Positions 27,883 through 37,692 of a stretch of DNA of 64,000 nucleotides are shown piece after piece; position 1 is the first letter of the stretch, and every line of letters starts with the position of its first letter. The stretch covers positions 1-64,000 of the IMG/VR virus record IMGVR_UViG_3300046787_000408; one strand, given 5' to 3'. The position numbers and the translations under genes were made by a program. A model generated the notes under the pieces. That model was not told the origin of the DNA. It saw nothing but the letters and a program-made list of their open reading frames with translations, and searched no databases.

Positions 27883-28703
27883 CTTGCTTGGTCCAGAGTC
27901 AAGGGTTGATCGTACTCGTGTTCGCAATTGTTGCATTTTAAGTGCAAGGGCTTGAGTTCACTAGCAGTGCGCAGTTCAATCACGTGATCGCGAATTACGT
28001 TGAACAGCTTACGATCACAGTTGTTCAAAAACTCTTGAATAAATTCAGGTTCAACCACAACAGTGTTGGGAGTTCTAATGCCAGCAATACTGTGCTTGAG
28101 TGCTTGTACAGTAAGCTCAGTAATTTTACGCAGAGCTTGATTCAACTTGGTTAGTTTTTCTTCGTCGGACAGATCGCTACCGGGAATCTGTTGAATGATT
28201 CGTTGTTCTTCAAATTGAGTTTGATTGGTGTCTGTTTGATTTTTGTAGGTAATGGGTCTGAAAAAGATCTCCATGTCCCCATGACGAATAGTTTTGCTAA
28301 AGTCAGGACTGTCCAGCTGTGCCAGTACAGTGCGCAGATCCAGTTGATATTCTTCATCAGTTTTACATGCAGGACACTGAGTGCTAAAACCCATTTCGTG
28401 CCCATAACTGGCAATACGAATGGCTACCAAAATAGCATTGATGTCCACAGCAGGAGCAGCCCAGGCATTGAGCACGTTGGGCAAACAGCTTTGGATCACA
28501 TTGATCACAGCTTGTCCGTTGAACAGTGCGTCTGGAGTACGGTACGTGATCTCGTCAATGGCTGTCATGGGCAGCACAGGTAGTTCTTTATTTTCAGGCA
28601 TGCTGATAGCATCCTGATGCCAGAATTCTCCACGAGTGGGCAGGGTCAAATAGATTGCCGGTTGTCTAAAGAATTGTCGCAATGGGTTAGCTAATTGGGT
28701 CAT
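27861..28703 (-). CDS. Baseplate hub/tail assembly chaperone, T4 gp26-like
   Basis: P.IYLTLP, LPMTAIDE, DINAILVAIRIASYG, two CxxC pairs (CPAC, CNNC), C-terminal SFF. Confidence 0.75.
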   Translation of the reverse strand: MTQLANPLRQFFRQPAIYLTLPTRGEFWHQDAISMPENKELPVLPMTAIDEITYRTPDALFNGQAVINVIQSCLPNVLNAWAAPAVDINAILVAIRIASYGHEMGFSTQCPACKTDEEYQLDLRTVLAQLDSPDFSKTIRHGDMEIFFRPITYKNQTDTNQTQFEEQRIIQQIPGSDLSDEEKLTKLNQALRKITELTVQALKHSIAGIRTPNTVVVEPEFIQEFLNNCDRKLFNVIRDHVIELRTASELKPLHLKCNNCEHEYDQPLTLDQASFFEAAS

Positions 28704-28709
28704 GAATCA

Positions 28710-28735
28710 CCTATAAATATATGTCTACTTATAGG
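28710..28735. promoter_or_regulatory. Overlapping divergent late promoters
   Basis: TATAAATA (+, 28712-28719) toward the tape measure gene and TATAAGTA (-, 28733-28726) toward gp26-like, within the inverted repeat CCTATAA...TTATAGG. Confidence 0.65.
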
Positions 28736-28744
28736 CGATAGACC

Positions 28745-31696
28745 ATGGCAGACATAAATCAGCAAACAGAAGAACTAGCAAGAATAATGGAACAGGTCAA
28801 CCGGGAAATGGCGTTATACGGCCAAATTACCAAGACCACCGCTGATCAAAAGCGTGATGCTGAGATTGAAGCAGCCACAGGCATGAAAAACTTCACCAAA
28901 GCTTCTGGATCAGCAGCTGATGCAGTGGGTCACTTGGCCAATGCTGGTATGGCTGCTGGTAAAGCCATGCTGGATGGCAAAAAAGGCGCAGCAGTATTCA
29001 ACGACAGTATTGACGGTATGGCCAAAGCTGCTCAGGCAGCAGGCGTTGCCTTGGCTCTGTTGATACCTGGCGGCCCTGCAATCAAGCTACTGATAGCTGG
29101 TATAACTGCGTTAACTGGTGCAGTAGCCGGCATGGTCAAGGCATCCAACGAGATGGCCGACAAGTTGTACAAGAGCTATTCAGGTCTATCCAAGTCAGGT
29201 GCAGCAGCAAGTGACGGCATGACCGGCGTGTACAATGACGCTAAAAAGCTGGGTCTCAGCATGAACGACCTGGACAGCTTGGTGGGGTTAGTAGGCGAAA
29301 ATGCCAAAGATCTTGCACTGTTTTCTGGGTCTGTGTTTGAAGGGCGCAAACAGTTTGCTGACATTGGTCAAGCAATGGAGCCTTACCGCAAGAGCTTGAT
29401 TGCTGCTGGTATGACTCAAGAGCAGATCAACGAAGGCACAATGCAGTACATTAGACTGCAAACTCGTGTGGGTCTAGCACAAAACAAAACAACTCAAGAA
29501 CTAGCAGACGGTGCCAAAAAGTACTTGCAAGAACAAGATGCGCTGACCAAGCTAACTGGGCAAACACGACAAGAGCAAGAAGCAGCACTAGAAGAAGCAC
29601 GAAGCCAAATGCGCTTTCGTGCCAAACTGGAAGAAATGCGCGGATCAGGCGATGAGAAACAAATTGCCGCAGCAGCTCAACTGGAAAAAACATATGTGTT
29701 GTTGAGAAGTCAGAGTAAAGAAGCAGCGCAAGGCTTCGGTGACATGACCACTGGCATGATAGGTACTGAAGCTTCGCAAAAGTTACTGATGAGTACCAAT
29801 GGAGAAGCACTACAAACTGCTAACCAAATGGTTGCTGGGCAAAAAGATGCTATAGCAGGAACACAGGCTATTGCAGCCGCAGCTGGTCAAACCACCAAAG
29901 ACATGAATATGCTGTACCAAACAGGTGCAGCAGAAAACTTTTTGCTCAGTATTGACGAGGGCGCTAAACTAGGCTTGTTGGCACAAAAAGATCTATCAGA
30001 ACAGTACGACAAGATTACAGCAGACCAGAAAAAGCAAGGTCAAGAAGGCGGTAAAGCAGCAGACGGCATCACAGACCAGTACGCTAAAAACATCAAGCAA
30101 CAGCAAGATCTCAACAAGAAAATGGAAGATGTTGTGTTCAAAGGTATTGACAATGCTCTTGTGATCACTAACAAATTGGGCAATGCTACTGACACGTTGG
30201 CCACAGGTTTTGAAACTCTAGGAAAAGCAGTAAACAAGCTTTTGAATATCTTTGGGTTAGGTACTAAAGAACCCAAGGTCCCAGCACCACCTACTAAAGA
30301 ACAAGAAGCTGCTGGTGCAGCAGTTACCGCAGCAAGAACTCAGTCAGAGCAAGCAGACAAAAAGTTAGCTGATCAAATGGCTGCAACTGAAGCGCTAAAA
30401 AAGGATTTAGAGAGTATCACTAAGTCCAGCAACAAATCAGCAGAAACCACAGCCAAAATTGCTGAACTCAAGAAGCAGATTGCAGAGTCAGAAAGCAAAG
30501 AACTGACTCTAAACAAAGAAGCAAAAATTGCTTCGTCGAAAAAATTAGAAGCAGCAGCAGCGCAAACCAATGCTAATCGTGCATCGCGAGGGCAAGCGTC
30601 AACAGCTACAGCAACTCCAACTGCTCCTGCTAGCGCAGGGGGTGGCGGAGCACCAGCAGGTGAAGCAACATCACGATCAATGGCGCCACGTTCTGGATCA
30701 CCGTCACCATCAGCTGGTGCCCCAGACGGCCAGCCAGGAAAAGGCGCGGCCGCAGGACAAGCACAAGGCGGAGGTAGTCTCAAAATAGGTCCAGCAGCAG
30801 ACATGTCTGGTCTTGACAATGAAATGATTTCAAGATTGGAAAAATTTGCACTATCAACTGGAAAATCCGTAGATGTAAACAGTGCTTTTAGATCTGATCA
30901 GAAACAGGCAGAACTCTGGGTAAGAGGCCACATACTTAATGAGCCAGGTGTACACATGCCTGCTGCTCCTAAAGATGATCAAGAAATAACCTACAAAGGT
31001 AAAACTTATCAAGTCAAGGGCTCAGGCAAAGGCAGTTTACATGGAGTTGGTAATGCAGTAGACATTAGTGTAGCAGGTATGGGAAAAAGCAAAGGCCCCA
31101 TTGACGAGCTATTGGCCAATGCTGGTTTGTTCCGTCCTTTCATTGCCAATGATCCTCCTCATGTGCAAATGATGGCAGAAGGCGGTATTGTACAGCCTAC
31201 TCCGGGAGGAACACCGGCTATTATTGGCGAAGGTGGCAATGCTGAAGCAGTTATTCCTCTCAAAGGCAACAGAATTCCTGTAGACTTCCCCGAAGAAGTC
31301 AAAAGATTTTTTCAATTTCAAGCTCAGGCTGACAATCTCAAATTCCTTAAAGGGGGCGACGAAAAATCCACCTATGAAGATGTTGATGCTGTGGTAGCTG
31401 CTAGTCAAGTCAAGATGTTTGCTAAACTAGAAGAAATAAAATTGGATTTAATAACCAAGGGTTTTGATCGGGAAATTTTAGAAAACTACGGAGAAGAAGG
31501 CAAATCAGCAGGAAACAAAACTGAAGCAGATGTAGCTGATCTACAGAGCAGATACAACGATGATGTAGTAGCAGAATCAATAAAAGAAAACGTAGTACAG
31601 ACCAAAACATTGATTGACATGATTTCAGAACTTGTGCGTGAGCAACGCAATGCCAATGACATCAGTACAAGGATCCTGCAAGTCAGTAGCAATTAA
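28745..31696 (+). CDS. Tape measure protein with a C-terminal M15/VanY-type peptidoglycan peptidase domain
   Basis: Long Ala/Gln/Lys helical region; NSAFRSDQKQAELW...SLHGVGNAVDI...DPPHVQ zinc-peptidase motifs; MAEGGIV...IIGEGGNAEAVIPL tape-measure motif. Confidence 0.8.
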   Translation: MADINQQTEELARIMEQVNREMALYGQITKTTADQKRDAEIEAATGMKNFTKASGSAADAVGHLANAGMAAGKAMLDGKKGAAVFNDSIDGMAKAAQAAGVALALLIPGGPAIKLLIAGITALTGAVAGMVKASNEMADKLYKSYSGLSKSGAAASDGMTGVYNDAKKLGLSMNDLDSLVGLVGENAKDLALFSGSVFEGRKQFADIGQAMEPYRKSLIAAGMTQEQINEGTMQYIRLQTRVGLAQNKTTQELADGAKKYLQEQDALTKLTGQTRQEQEAALEEARSQMRFRAKLEEMRGSGDEKQIAAAAQLEKTYVLLRSQSKEAAQGFGDMTTGMIGTEASQKLLMSTNGEALQTANQMVAGQKDAIAGTQAIAAAAGQTTKDMNMLYQTGAAENFLLSIDEGAKLGLLAQKDLSEQYDKITADQKKQGQEGGKAADGITDQYAKNIKQQQDLNKKMEDVVFKGIDNALVITNKLGNATDTLATGFETLGKAVNKLLNIFGLGTKEPKVPAPPTKEQEAAGAAVTAARTQSEQADKKLADQMAATEALKKDLESITKSSNKSAETTAKIAELKKQIAESESKELTLNKEAKIASSKKLEAAAAQTNANRASRGQASTATATPTAPASAGGGGAPAGEATSRSMAPRSGSPSPSAGAPDGQPGKGAAAGQAQGGGSLKIGPAADMSGLDNEMISRLEKFALSTGKSVDVNSAFRSDQKQAELWVRGHILNEPGVHMPAAPKDDQEITYKGKTYQVKGSGKGSLHGVGNAVDISVAGMGKSKGPIDELLANAGLFRPFIANDPPHVQMMAEGGIVQPTPGGTPAIIGEGGNAEAVIPLKGNRIPVDFPEEVKRFFQFQAQADNLKFLKGGDEKSTYEDVDAVVAASQVKMFAKLEEIKLDLITKGFDREILENYGEEGKSAGNKTEADVADLQSRYNDDVVAESIKENVVQTKTLIDMISELVREQRNANDISTRILQVSSN

Positions 31697-31699
31697 CGG

Positions 31700-31705
31700 T
31701 AAATA
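31700..31705 (+). promoter_or_regulatory. Late promoter, 5 nt before the portal ATG
   Basis: ggTAAATAataacATG. Confidence 0.7.
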
Positions 31706-31710
31706 ATAAC

Positions 31711-33477
31711 ATGGCAGAACAAAACAAACCCGGTTGGAAAAAGTACTTTAAAGTAGCTGATACGTCAGGTCAGCTCGGTCCCATCTCTGGTAGACACGCT
31801 GACGGTTACCCCAACTACGGCAGAAATTCCGGCACAGAAACACAAACAGACATGGTGTTTAGAAACTATGCTAGCCGTCTGCCTGAAGTGTACTCGGGCC
31901 ACCCCAACCGTATCGAGCGATACAATCAGTACGAAAACATGGACATGGATTCAGAAATCAATGCATGTTTAGACATCATTGCTGAGTTCTCAACACAGAT
32001 GAACGAACAAAACGGCACGCCGTTTGACGTCAAGTACAATGACAAACCTACTGATCACGAAATTGACATTGTGCGCAAGCAATTGCAACAGTGGGTCAAG
32101 CTGAACAAACTAGATCAACGCATCTTCAAACTGTTTCGCAACACTATCAAGTATGGCGACCAAATTTTTGTGCGTGACCCAGAAACATTTGAAATGATGT
32201 GGGTGGACATGAGCAAATTGGCTCGTGTGATTGTAAACGAATCTGAAGGCAAGCGCCCAGAACAGTATGTGATTCGTGACATCAACCCTAACTTTCAAAA
32301 CATGACTGTGGCAGCAAAAACCACTACAGATTACATGACCAATCCTACCACAGGATCAGTAGCTGGCAACAGCAACTACACCATGCCCAACGGCGGCACA
32401 GGTGGCGGTGTGGGCAACAGTCGCTTTATGCAGGCCATGAACGAAGTTTGCTTGGATTCCAAGCACGTGGTGCACCTGAGTCTTAACGAAGGTTTGGATG
32501 TGTTTTGGCCGTTTGGCAAAAGCATCTTGGAAAACATTTTCAAAGTGTTCAAACAAAAAGAATTGCTTGAAGATGCTATCTTGATCTATCGTGTACAACG
32601 TGCTCCGGAACGCAGAATCTTCAAGATTGACGTGGGTAATATGCCAAGCCACTTGGCTATGGCATTTGTGGAACGTGTGAAAAACGAAATGCATCAGCGC
32701 AGAATTCCCACTACCAATGGCGGTGGTGGCAACATGATGGATGCCAGTTACAATCCACTCAGTATCAACGAAGACTATTTCTTTCCACAAACAGCAGACG
32801 GTCGCGGCAGCAGTGTTGAAACATTGCCTGGAGGCCAGAACCTAGGCGAGATTGACGACTTGAAGTACTTCAACAACAAGATGGCTCGCGGCTTGCGTGT
32901 GCCCTCAAGCTACTTGCCTACAGGCCCTGATGACTCAGGTGCTACCATGAACGACGGCAAAGTAGGCACAGCATTGATTCAAGAATATCGTTTCAACCAG
33001 TACTGTGAGCGCTTGCAGGCCTTAATTGCACAGAAACTAGACGACGAATTCAAGATGTTCTTGAAGTGGCGCGGTTTCAACATTGATTCTGGCTTGTTCT
33101 CAATTGGATTCAATGCACCGCAAAACTTTGCTAGTTATCGCCAAAGTGAACTGGACAACACTCGTATTACTGCTTTCCAGGGTCTAGAACAGTTGCCTTA
33201 CATGAGCAAGCGATTCTTGCTTGAGCGTTTCCTAGGCCTAACTGAAGAAGAAATCAAGAAAAACGAAGAGATGTGGCGTGAAGAACGCGACCAGCCTGAT
33301 GCACCTGCTACAACTGGTCAAGACCTACGTGGTGTGGGTATCACTCCTGGCGGATTGGAAAGTGATGTAACAGCAGGCGAAGAAGTAGCTGGCATGGATC
33401 CTGCTATGGCAGGCGGCCCAGCAGATGCTGGAGTAGCACCAGCAGGTCCAGGTGCAGCAGCACCACCACCAGTATAA
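31711..33477 (+). CDS. gp20: Portal vertex protein
   Basis: LEDAILIYRVQRAPERRIFKIDVGNMP, EDYFFP...GRGSSVETLPGGQNLGEIDDLKYF...LRVPSS. Confidence 0.97.
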   Translation: MAEQNKPGWKKYFKVADTSGQLGPISGRHADGYPNYGRNSGTETQTDMVFRNYASRLPEVYSGHPNRIERYNQYENMDMDSEINACLDIIAEFSTQMNEQNGTPFDVKYNDKPTDHEIDIVRKQLQQWVKLNKLDQRIFKLFRNTIKYGDQIFVRDPETFEMMWVDMSKLARVIVNESEGKRPEQYVIRDINPNFQNMTVAAKTTTDYMTNPTTGSVAGNSNYTMPNGGTGGGVGNSRFMQAMNEVCLDSKHVVHLSLNEGLDVFWPFGKSILENIFKVFKQKELLEDAILIYRVQRAPERRIFKIDVGNMPSHLAMAFVERVKNEMHQRRIPTTNGGGGNMMDASYNPLSINEDYFFPQTADGRGSSVETLPGGQNLGEIDDLKYFNNKMARGLRVPSSYLPTGPDDSGATMNDGKVGTALIQEYRFNQYCERLQALIAQKLDDEFKMFLKWRGFNIDSGLFSIGFNAPQNFASYRQSELDNTRITAFQGLEQLPYMSKRFLLERFLGLTEEEIKKNEEMWREERDQPDAPATTGQDLRGVGITPGGLESDVTAGEEVAGMDPAMAGGPADAGVAPAGPGAAAPPPV

Positions 33478-33480
33478 ATA
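33473..33480 (+). promoter_or_regulatory. Late promoter TATAAATA
   Basis: Exact T4 consensus, 5 nt before ATG 33486. Confidence 0.75.
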
Positions 33481-33485
33481 CCAGT

Positions 33486-33704
33486 ATGATTCTCAACGAA
33501 TTTTTCAATAAAGAACCTGAAGCATATCAGGACCTGTCACAGGACAACAGCCAACCCAAGTTGGGAGACTTGCGCAAGACTCGCTTGACCTTGAGACAAA
33601 TCAACAAGCTTCGCAAAATGAACGATGTCCGCACATATGAGTACAAAGAAAAACTCAAGCTGGTGAGACAACAATATGCACCACCACCTGCACCAATTGC
33701 ATAA
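33486..33704 (+). CDS. Small head-module protein
   Basis: 72 aa, own late promoter, between the portal and prohead core genes. Confidence 0.7.
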   Translation: MILNEFFNKEPEAYQDLSQDNSQPKLGDLRKTRLTLRQINKLRKMNDVRTYEYKEKLKLVRQQYAPPPAPIA

Positions 33705-33761
33705 CTTTGGCAATTTAGCATAGTTTTTACCCCATAAACCACAGAGTTTTTACATGTTGTG

Positions 33762-33767
33762 TAAATA
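33762..33767 (+). promoter_or_regulatory. Late promoter for the core/protease/scaffold/capsid operon
   Basis: gtgTAAATAac followed by AGGAG RBS and ATG 33800. Confidence 0.7.
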
Positions 33768-33799
33768 ACAACATACTTTACCTAACAGGAGTTTACCTT

Positions 33800-34636
33800 A
33801 TGAACAAATTTGAACAATTGATCGAATACGTGATCAATGATGACACACAAAAAGCACAAGAATTGTTCCACGAAATTGTAGTGGAAAAAAGCCGTCAAAT
33901 CTACGAAGACATCATGTCTGAAGAAGAAATTGACGAAGCTGACGAAGGCGAAGACCTAGAAGAAGGCGACATGGGCGGCGATGCTGCTGATGACCTAATC
34001 GACGATGTTGAAGCTGAAGAACAAGACGACATGAACATGGAAGCTGAAGGCGACGACGACATGGAAATGGACGTTGAAGTTGGCGGCGACGAAGACATGG
34101 GCGGCGATGATTTTGGCGGTGACGACATGGGTGGTAGCGATGAAGCAGCCACCAAAGACGACATCCTTAACTTGGAAGACAAGCTAGACCAATTGATGGC
34201 AGAATTTGAAGACCTTATGGGTGGTGATAATGATGAAGTTGGTGATGGCGACGGATTTGGTCCAGACGAAGGCGGCGACGCTATTGAAATGGACGACACT
34301 GAAGAAATGGAACCAGGCATGATGGAATCCTTGGATCTCAAGGCAGCTCCAAAGCCAGTTACCAGTGAAGAAGGTGGCGTAAACAAGAAGTCTACAGTAG
34401 CTGCAAATGCAGGCGCAAAAGGCCCAATCGGCAATAGCGTTAAGCCAGTACACACAGGTGCTGATGGCGGCGGTCACCATGATGCTAGCCCATACAAGAA
34501 CACTGTAAAAGAAATTGGTACACCTAGTACACAAGAAGCTGGTAAGAAAGCATTTAAAACTGCTGCTCCTAAGCCAGTAACTGGTCAAGCTGCTGGTGTT
34601 AACAACCGTAGCATTACCCCAGGTGGACGTGGTTAA
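33800..34636 (+). CDS. Highly acidic prohead core protein (gp67/gp68-like position)
   Basis: Asp/Glu/Gly-rich 278 aa between portal and protease; strong RBS. Confidence 0.65.
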   Translation: MNKFEQLIEYVINDDTQKAQELFHEIVVEKSRQIYEDIMSEEEIDEADEGEDLEEGDMGGDAADDLIDDVEAEEQDDMNMEAEGDDDMEMDVEVGGDEDMGGDDFGGDDMGGSDEAATKDDILNLEDKLDQLMAEFEDLMGGDNDEVGDGDGFGPDEGGDAIEMDDTEEMEPGMMESLDLKAAPKPVTSEEGGVNKKSTVAANAGAKGPIGNSVKPVHTGADGGGHHDASPYKNTVKEIGTPSTQEAGKKAFKTAAPKPVTGQAAGVNNRSITPGGRG

Positions 34637-34639
34637 TTA

Positions 34640-35272
34640 ATGAAAACTCTAAGAGAACAACTTACTTTTAGCCAGGCCAACATTCAGGTTCTTGAAGAAT
34701 CTGACATGGCTGGTGGTAAGCATCTCTATCTCAAAGGTATCTGCATCGAAGGCGATAAACAAAACGCTAACGGACGCACATACCCTTTGAGAGAAATTGC
34801 TAAAGCAGTTAACACTATTAATCAACAGATTAGAGAAGGTAACTCCGTTTTAGGTGAAGTGGATCACCCAGATGATTTGAAGATTAACTTGGATCGTGTG
34901 TGCCATAGCGTGGAAAACATGTGGATGGACGGTGATGCTGGTTGCGGTAAACTTAAAATTTTACCAACACCTATGGGAGAATTGATCAAGACGTTGTTGC
35001 AATCGGGAGTGAAACTTGGAGTTTCAAGCCGTGGTTCCGGTAACGTTGACGACAGAACAGGACATGTGAGTGACTTTGAAATAGTCACAATCGATGTGGT
35101 TGCCCAACCCAGTGCGCCAAATGCGTATCCTAAAGCAATTTATGAAAGTATGATGAACATGAAATATGGTCATAGACTTCTTGAAATTGCCAAAGAAGCT
35201 GGTCAAGACAACAAAGTGCAAAAGTATCTCAAGAGTGAAGTTGTAAAACTCATTCGAGAACTTAAAATCTAA
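34640..35272 (+). CDS. gp21: Prohead protease
   Basis: NANGRTYP, LGEVDHP, ILPTPMG, LGVSSRGSG, DVVAQPSAPNAY. Confidence 0.97.
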   Translation: MKTLREQLTFSQANIQVLEESDMAGGKHLYLKGICIEGDKQNANGRTYPLREIAKAVNTINQQIREGNSVLGEVDHPDDLKINLDRVCHSVENMWMDGDAGCGKLKILPTPMGELIKTLLQSGVKLGVSSRGSGNVDDRTGHVSDFEIVTIDVVAQPSAPNAYPKAIYESMMNMKYGHRLLEIAKEAGQDNKVQKYLKSEVVKLIRELKI

Positions 35273-35285
35273 GGAGAATCTACTA

Positions 35286-36380
35286 ATGTTAGATGCAATC
35301 AAACCATTGCTAGATAGCAACTTGATCACCGAGGAAACTCGTACAGAGATCAACGAAGCTTGGGAAGCCAAGCTAAGTGAAGCTCGTGAACAAGCTCGCA
35401 CCGAACTTCGTGAAGAATTCGCGCAACGCTATGAGCACGACAAAACAGTCATGGTAGAAGCCCTAGATAGAATGGTAACAGAAGGTTTGGCCGCAGAGAT
35501 CCAAGCAGTAGCCGCTGAAAAGCGTTCACTGGCTGAAGACCGCGTCAAGTTCCAACGCAAGATGGGCGAAAGCGCCACAAAGTTTAACAGCTTCATGGTA
35601 ACAAAACTTGCAGAAGAAATTGGCGAATTGCGCAAAGACCGACAAATGCACAGCGAAGGACTTGAGAAACTTGAGTCATTTATGGTGCATGCTCTAGCTC
35701 GTGAAATTCAAGAATTTGCCGCAGACAAGCGTGATGTAGTGGAAACAAAAGTCCGCTTGGTCCGTGAAGCTCGTAGCAAACTTGAAACTCTCAAGTCACG
35801 TTTCGTTAAAGAAAGTGCTGAGAAAATGAGCCGTGCTGTTAGCAGTCATCTAAAGGCTGAACTAAACCAACTACAAGAAGACATCAAAATTGCTCGTGAG
35901 AACAGTTTCGGTCGTCGTATCTTTGAAGCATACGCAGCAGAATTTGGTGCTACTCACTTAAATGAGAAAGCAGAAGTTCGTACACTGCATGCATTGCTGG
36001 TCAATAAAGACAAGCAACTGGCGGAAGCCATCAAACTCACCGAGAAGGCTAAGGTCGTCGTTGAGTCTAAAGAACGCGAAATACGCATGATTCGCGAATC
36101 CAATGAGCGTCAAAGCACAATGGAAATGTTGCTAGCTCCTTTGAACAAGGAAAAAGCAGAAGTAATGCGTAATTTGCTCGAAAGCGTACAAACAGCTCGT
36201 CTGAAAAACGCATTCGAAAAGTATCTACCAGCAGTGTTGGAAGACCGCTCCGTGAAAGCTTCTAAAGTGATCACAGAATCGGTTACCGCAGTTACCGGTG
36301 ATAAGACTGTTCCTAACCGTGACGTCGAACAGGAAGATCGCAGCAATGTGATTGACCTCAAGCGCTTGGCTGGACTGTAA
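35286..36380 (+). CDS. gp22: Prohead scaffolding protein
   Basis: Glu/Lys-rich coiled coil between protease and major capsid; AAGGAG RBS. Confidence 0.85.
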   Translation: MLDAIKPLLDSNLITEETRTEINEAWEAKLSEAREQARTELREEFAQRYEHDKTVMVEALDRMVTEGLAAEIQAVAAEKRSLAEDRVKFQRKMGESATKFNSFMVTKLAEEIGELRKDRQMHSEGLEKLESFMVHALAREIQEFAADKRDVVETKVRLVREARSKLETLKSRFVKESAEKMSRAVSSHLKAELNQLQEDIKIARENSFGRRIFEAYAAEFGATHLNEKAEVRTLHALLVNKDKQLAEAIKLTEKAKVVVESKEREIRMIRESNERQSTMEMLLAPLNKEKAEVMRNLLESVQTARLKNAFEKYLPAVLEDRSVKASKVITESVTAVTGDKTVPNRDVEQEDRSNVIDLKRLAGL

Positions 36381-36401
36381 TTTAAACTATAGGAGACTTA
36401 A

Positions 36402-37598
36402 ATGTCAGAACAACTATTAGAAAGCCGCTGGGGCGAGACCAAAGAAGCATTGCTTGAAGGTCTGAACGGTACCAAGCGCAATAGCATGGGTGTTATCCTC
36501 GAAAACACTCGCAAGTACTTGAAGGAAAACGCTTCCGCAGGTTCCACCGCTGCCGGTAACATCGCTACACTTAACCGTGTGATTTTGCCTGTTATCCGTC
36601 GTGTAATGCCAACAGTTATCGCTAACGAGTTGGTAGGCGTTCAGCCCATGACTGGTCCAGTTGGTCAGATCCACACTCTACGTGTGCGTTATGCCCAAAG
36701 CTTGACAGACTCTTCTGCTGCTGCAACTAGCGTTACTGCTGGTCAAGAAGCATTGAGCCCGTTCACTATCGCTACTGCATATTCTACTGTGCCTAAAGAC
36801 ACAGCTACTGCTACTGGTTACACTGGTAACAACACAGCAGTTATGGAAGGTAACGGCGGTAAGCAAATTTCCGTGCAAATCTTGAAGCAGGCTGTTGAAG
36901 CCAAGACTCGCAAGTTGCAAGCACGTTGGACTTTTGAATCTGCACAAGATGCACAAGCTATGCATGGTATCGACGTTGAAGCCGAAATCATGGCAGCATT
37001 GGCTCAAGAAATTACAGCTGAAATTGACCAAGAGATTCTCTTGAGTCTACGCAGCTTGGCTTCTACTGAGTTCACATACAACCAAGCTACCGTATCTGGT
37101 ACTGCTACATTCGTTGGTGACGAACACGCTGCTTTGGCCGTGTTGATCAACCGTGTTGCTAACTTGATCGCCCAACGTACTCGTCGTGGCGCAGGTAACT
37201 ACGCTGTTGTTTCTAGCGCTGCATTGACAGTGTTGCAATCTGCAACTACTTCTGCATTTGCTCGTACTACAGAAGGTACATTTGAAGCTCCCACAAACAC
37301 CAAGTTTGTTGGTACACTGAACGGCGCAATGCGTGTGTTTGTTGATAGCTATGCTAGCGACACAACACCTGTGTTGGTTGGTTACAAAGGTTCGTCTGAA
37401 GCTGATGCTCCAGCGTTCTATTGCCCATACATCCCGTTGATGAGTTCTGGTGTTGTTCTTGACCCAACAACATTCGAACCAGTCGTGAGCTTCATGACAC
37501 GTTACGGGTACATAGAACTCACCAACACTGCATCAAGCTTCGGCAATGCGGGCGATTATGTCGGAGAAATTGCCGTGAGCAATTTGTCCTTCAGCTAA
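36402..37598 (+). CDS. gp23: Major capsid protein
   Basis: LVGVQPMTGPVGQI, VEAKTRKLQARWTFESAQD, EITAEIDQEI, FYCPYIPL, FMTRYG. Confidence 0.98.
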   Translation: MSEQLLESRWGETKEALLEGLNGTKRNSMGVILENTRKYLKENASAGSTAAGNIATLNRVILPVIRRVMPTVIANELVGVQPMTGPVGQIHTLRVRYAQSLTDSSAAATSVTAGQEALSPFTIATAYSTVPKDTATATGYTGNNTAVMEGNGGKQISVQILKQAVEAKTRKLQARWTFESAQDAQAMHGIDVEAEIMAALAQEITAEIDQEILLSLRSLASTEFTYNQATVSGTATFVGDEHAALAVLINRVANLIAQRTRRGAGNYAVVSSAALTVLQSATTSAFARTTEGTFEAPTNTKFVGTLNGAMRVFVDSYASDTTPVLVGYKGSSEADAPAFYCPYIPLMSSGVVLDPTTFEPVVSFMTRYGYIELTNTASSFGNAGDYVGEIAVSNLSFS

Positions 37599-37623
37599 TC
37601 GAAAACGTTTGTTTATCAAACTC

Positions 37624-37647
37624 AAAAAGGGCCGCAAGGCCCTTTTT
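37624..37647 (+). terminator. Rho-independent terminator after gp23 (potentially bidirectional)
   Basis: AAAAAGGGCC-GCAA-GGCCCTTTTT. Confidence 0.9.
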
Positions 37648-37649
37648 CA

Positions 37650-37687
37650 TTGACTAAAACTTTATTTCGTGCTAACATACATAAATA
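37650..37687 (+). promoter_or_regulatory. Tandem sigma70 and late promoters for the HNH gene
   Basis: TTGACT-17 nt-TAACAT (with extended TG), then ATAAATA 5 nt before ATG 37693. Confidence 0.65.
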
Positions 37688-37692
37688 ACATT

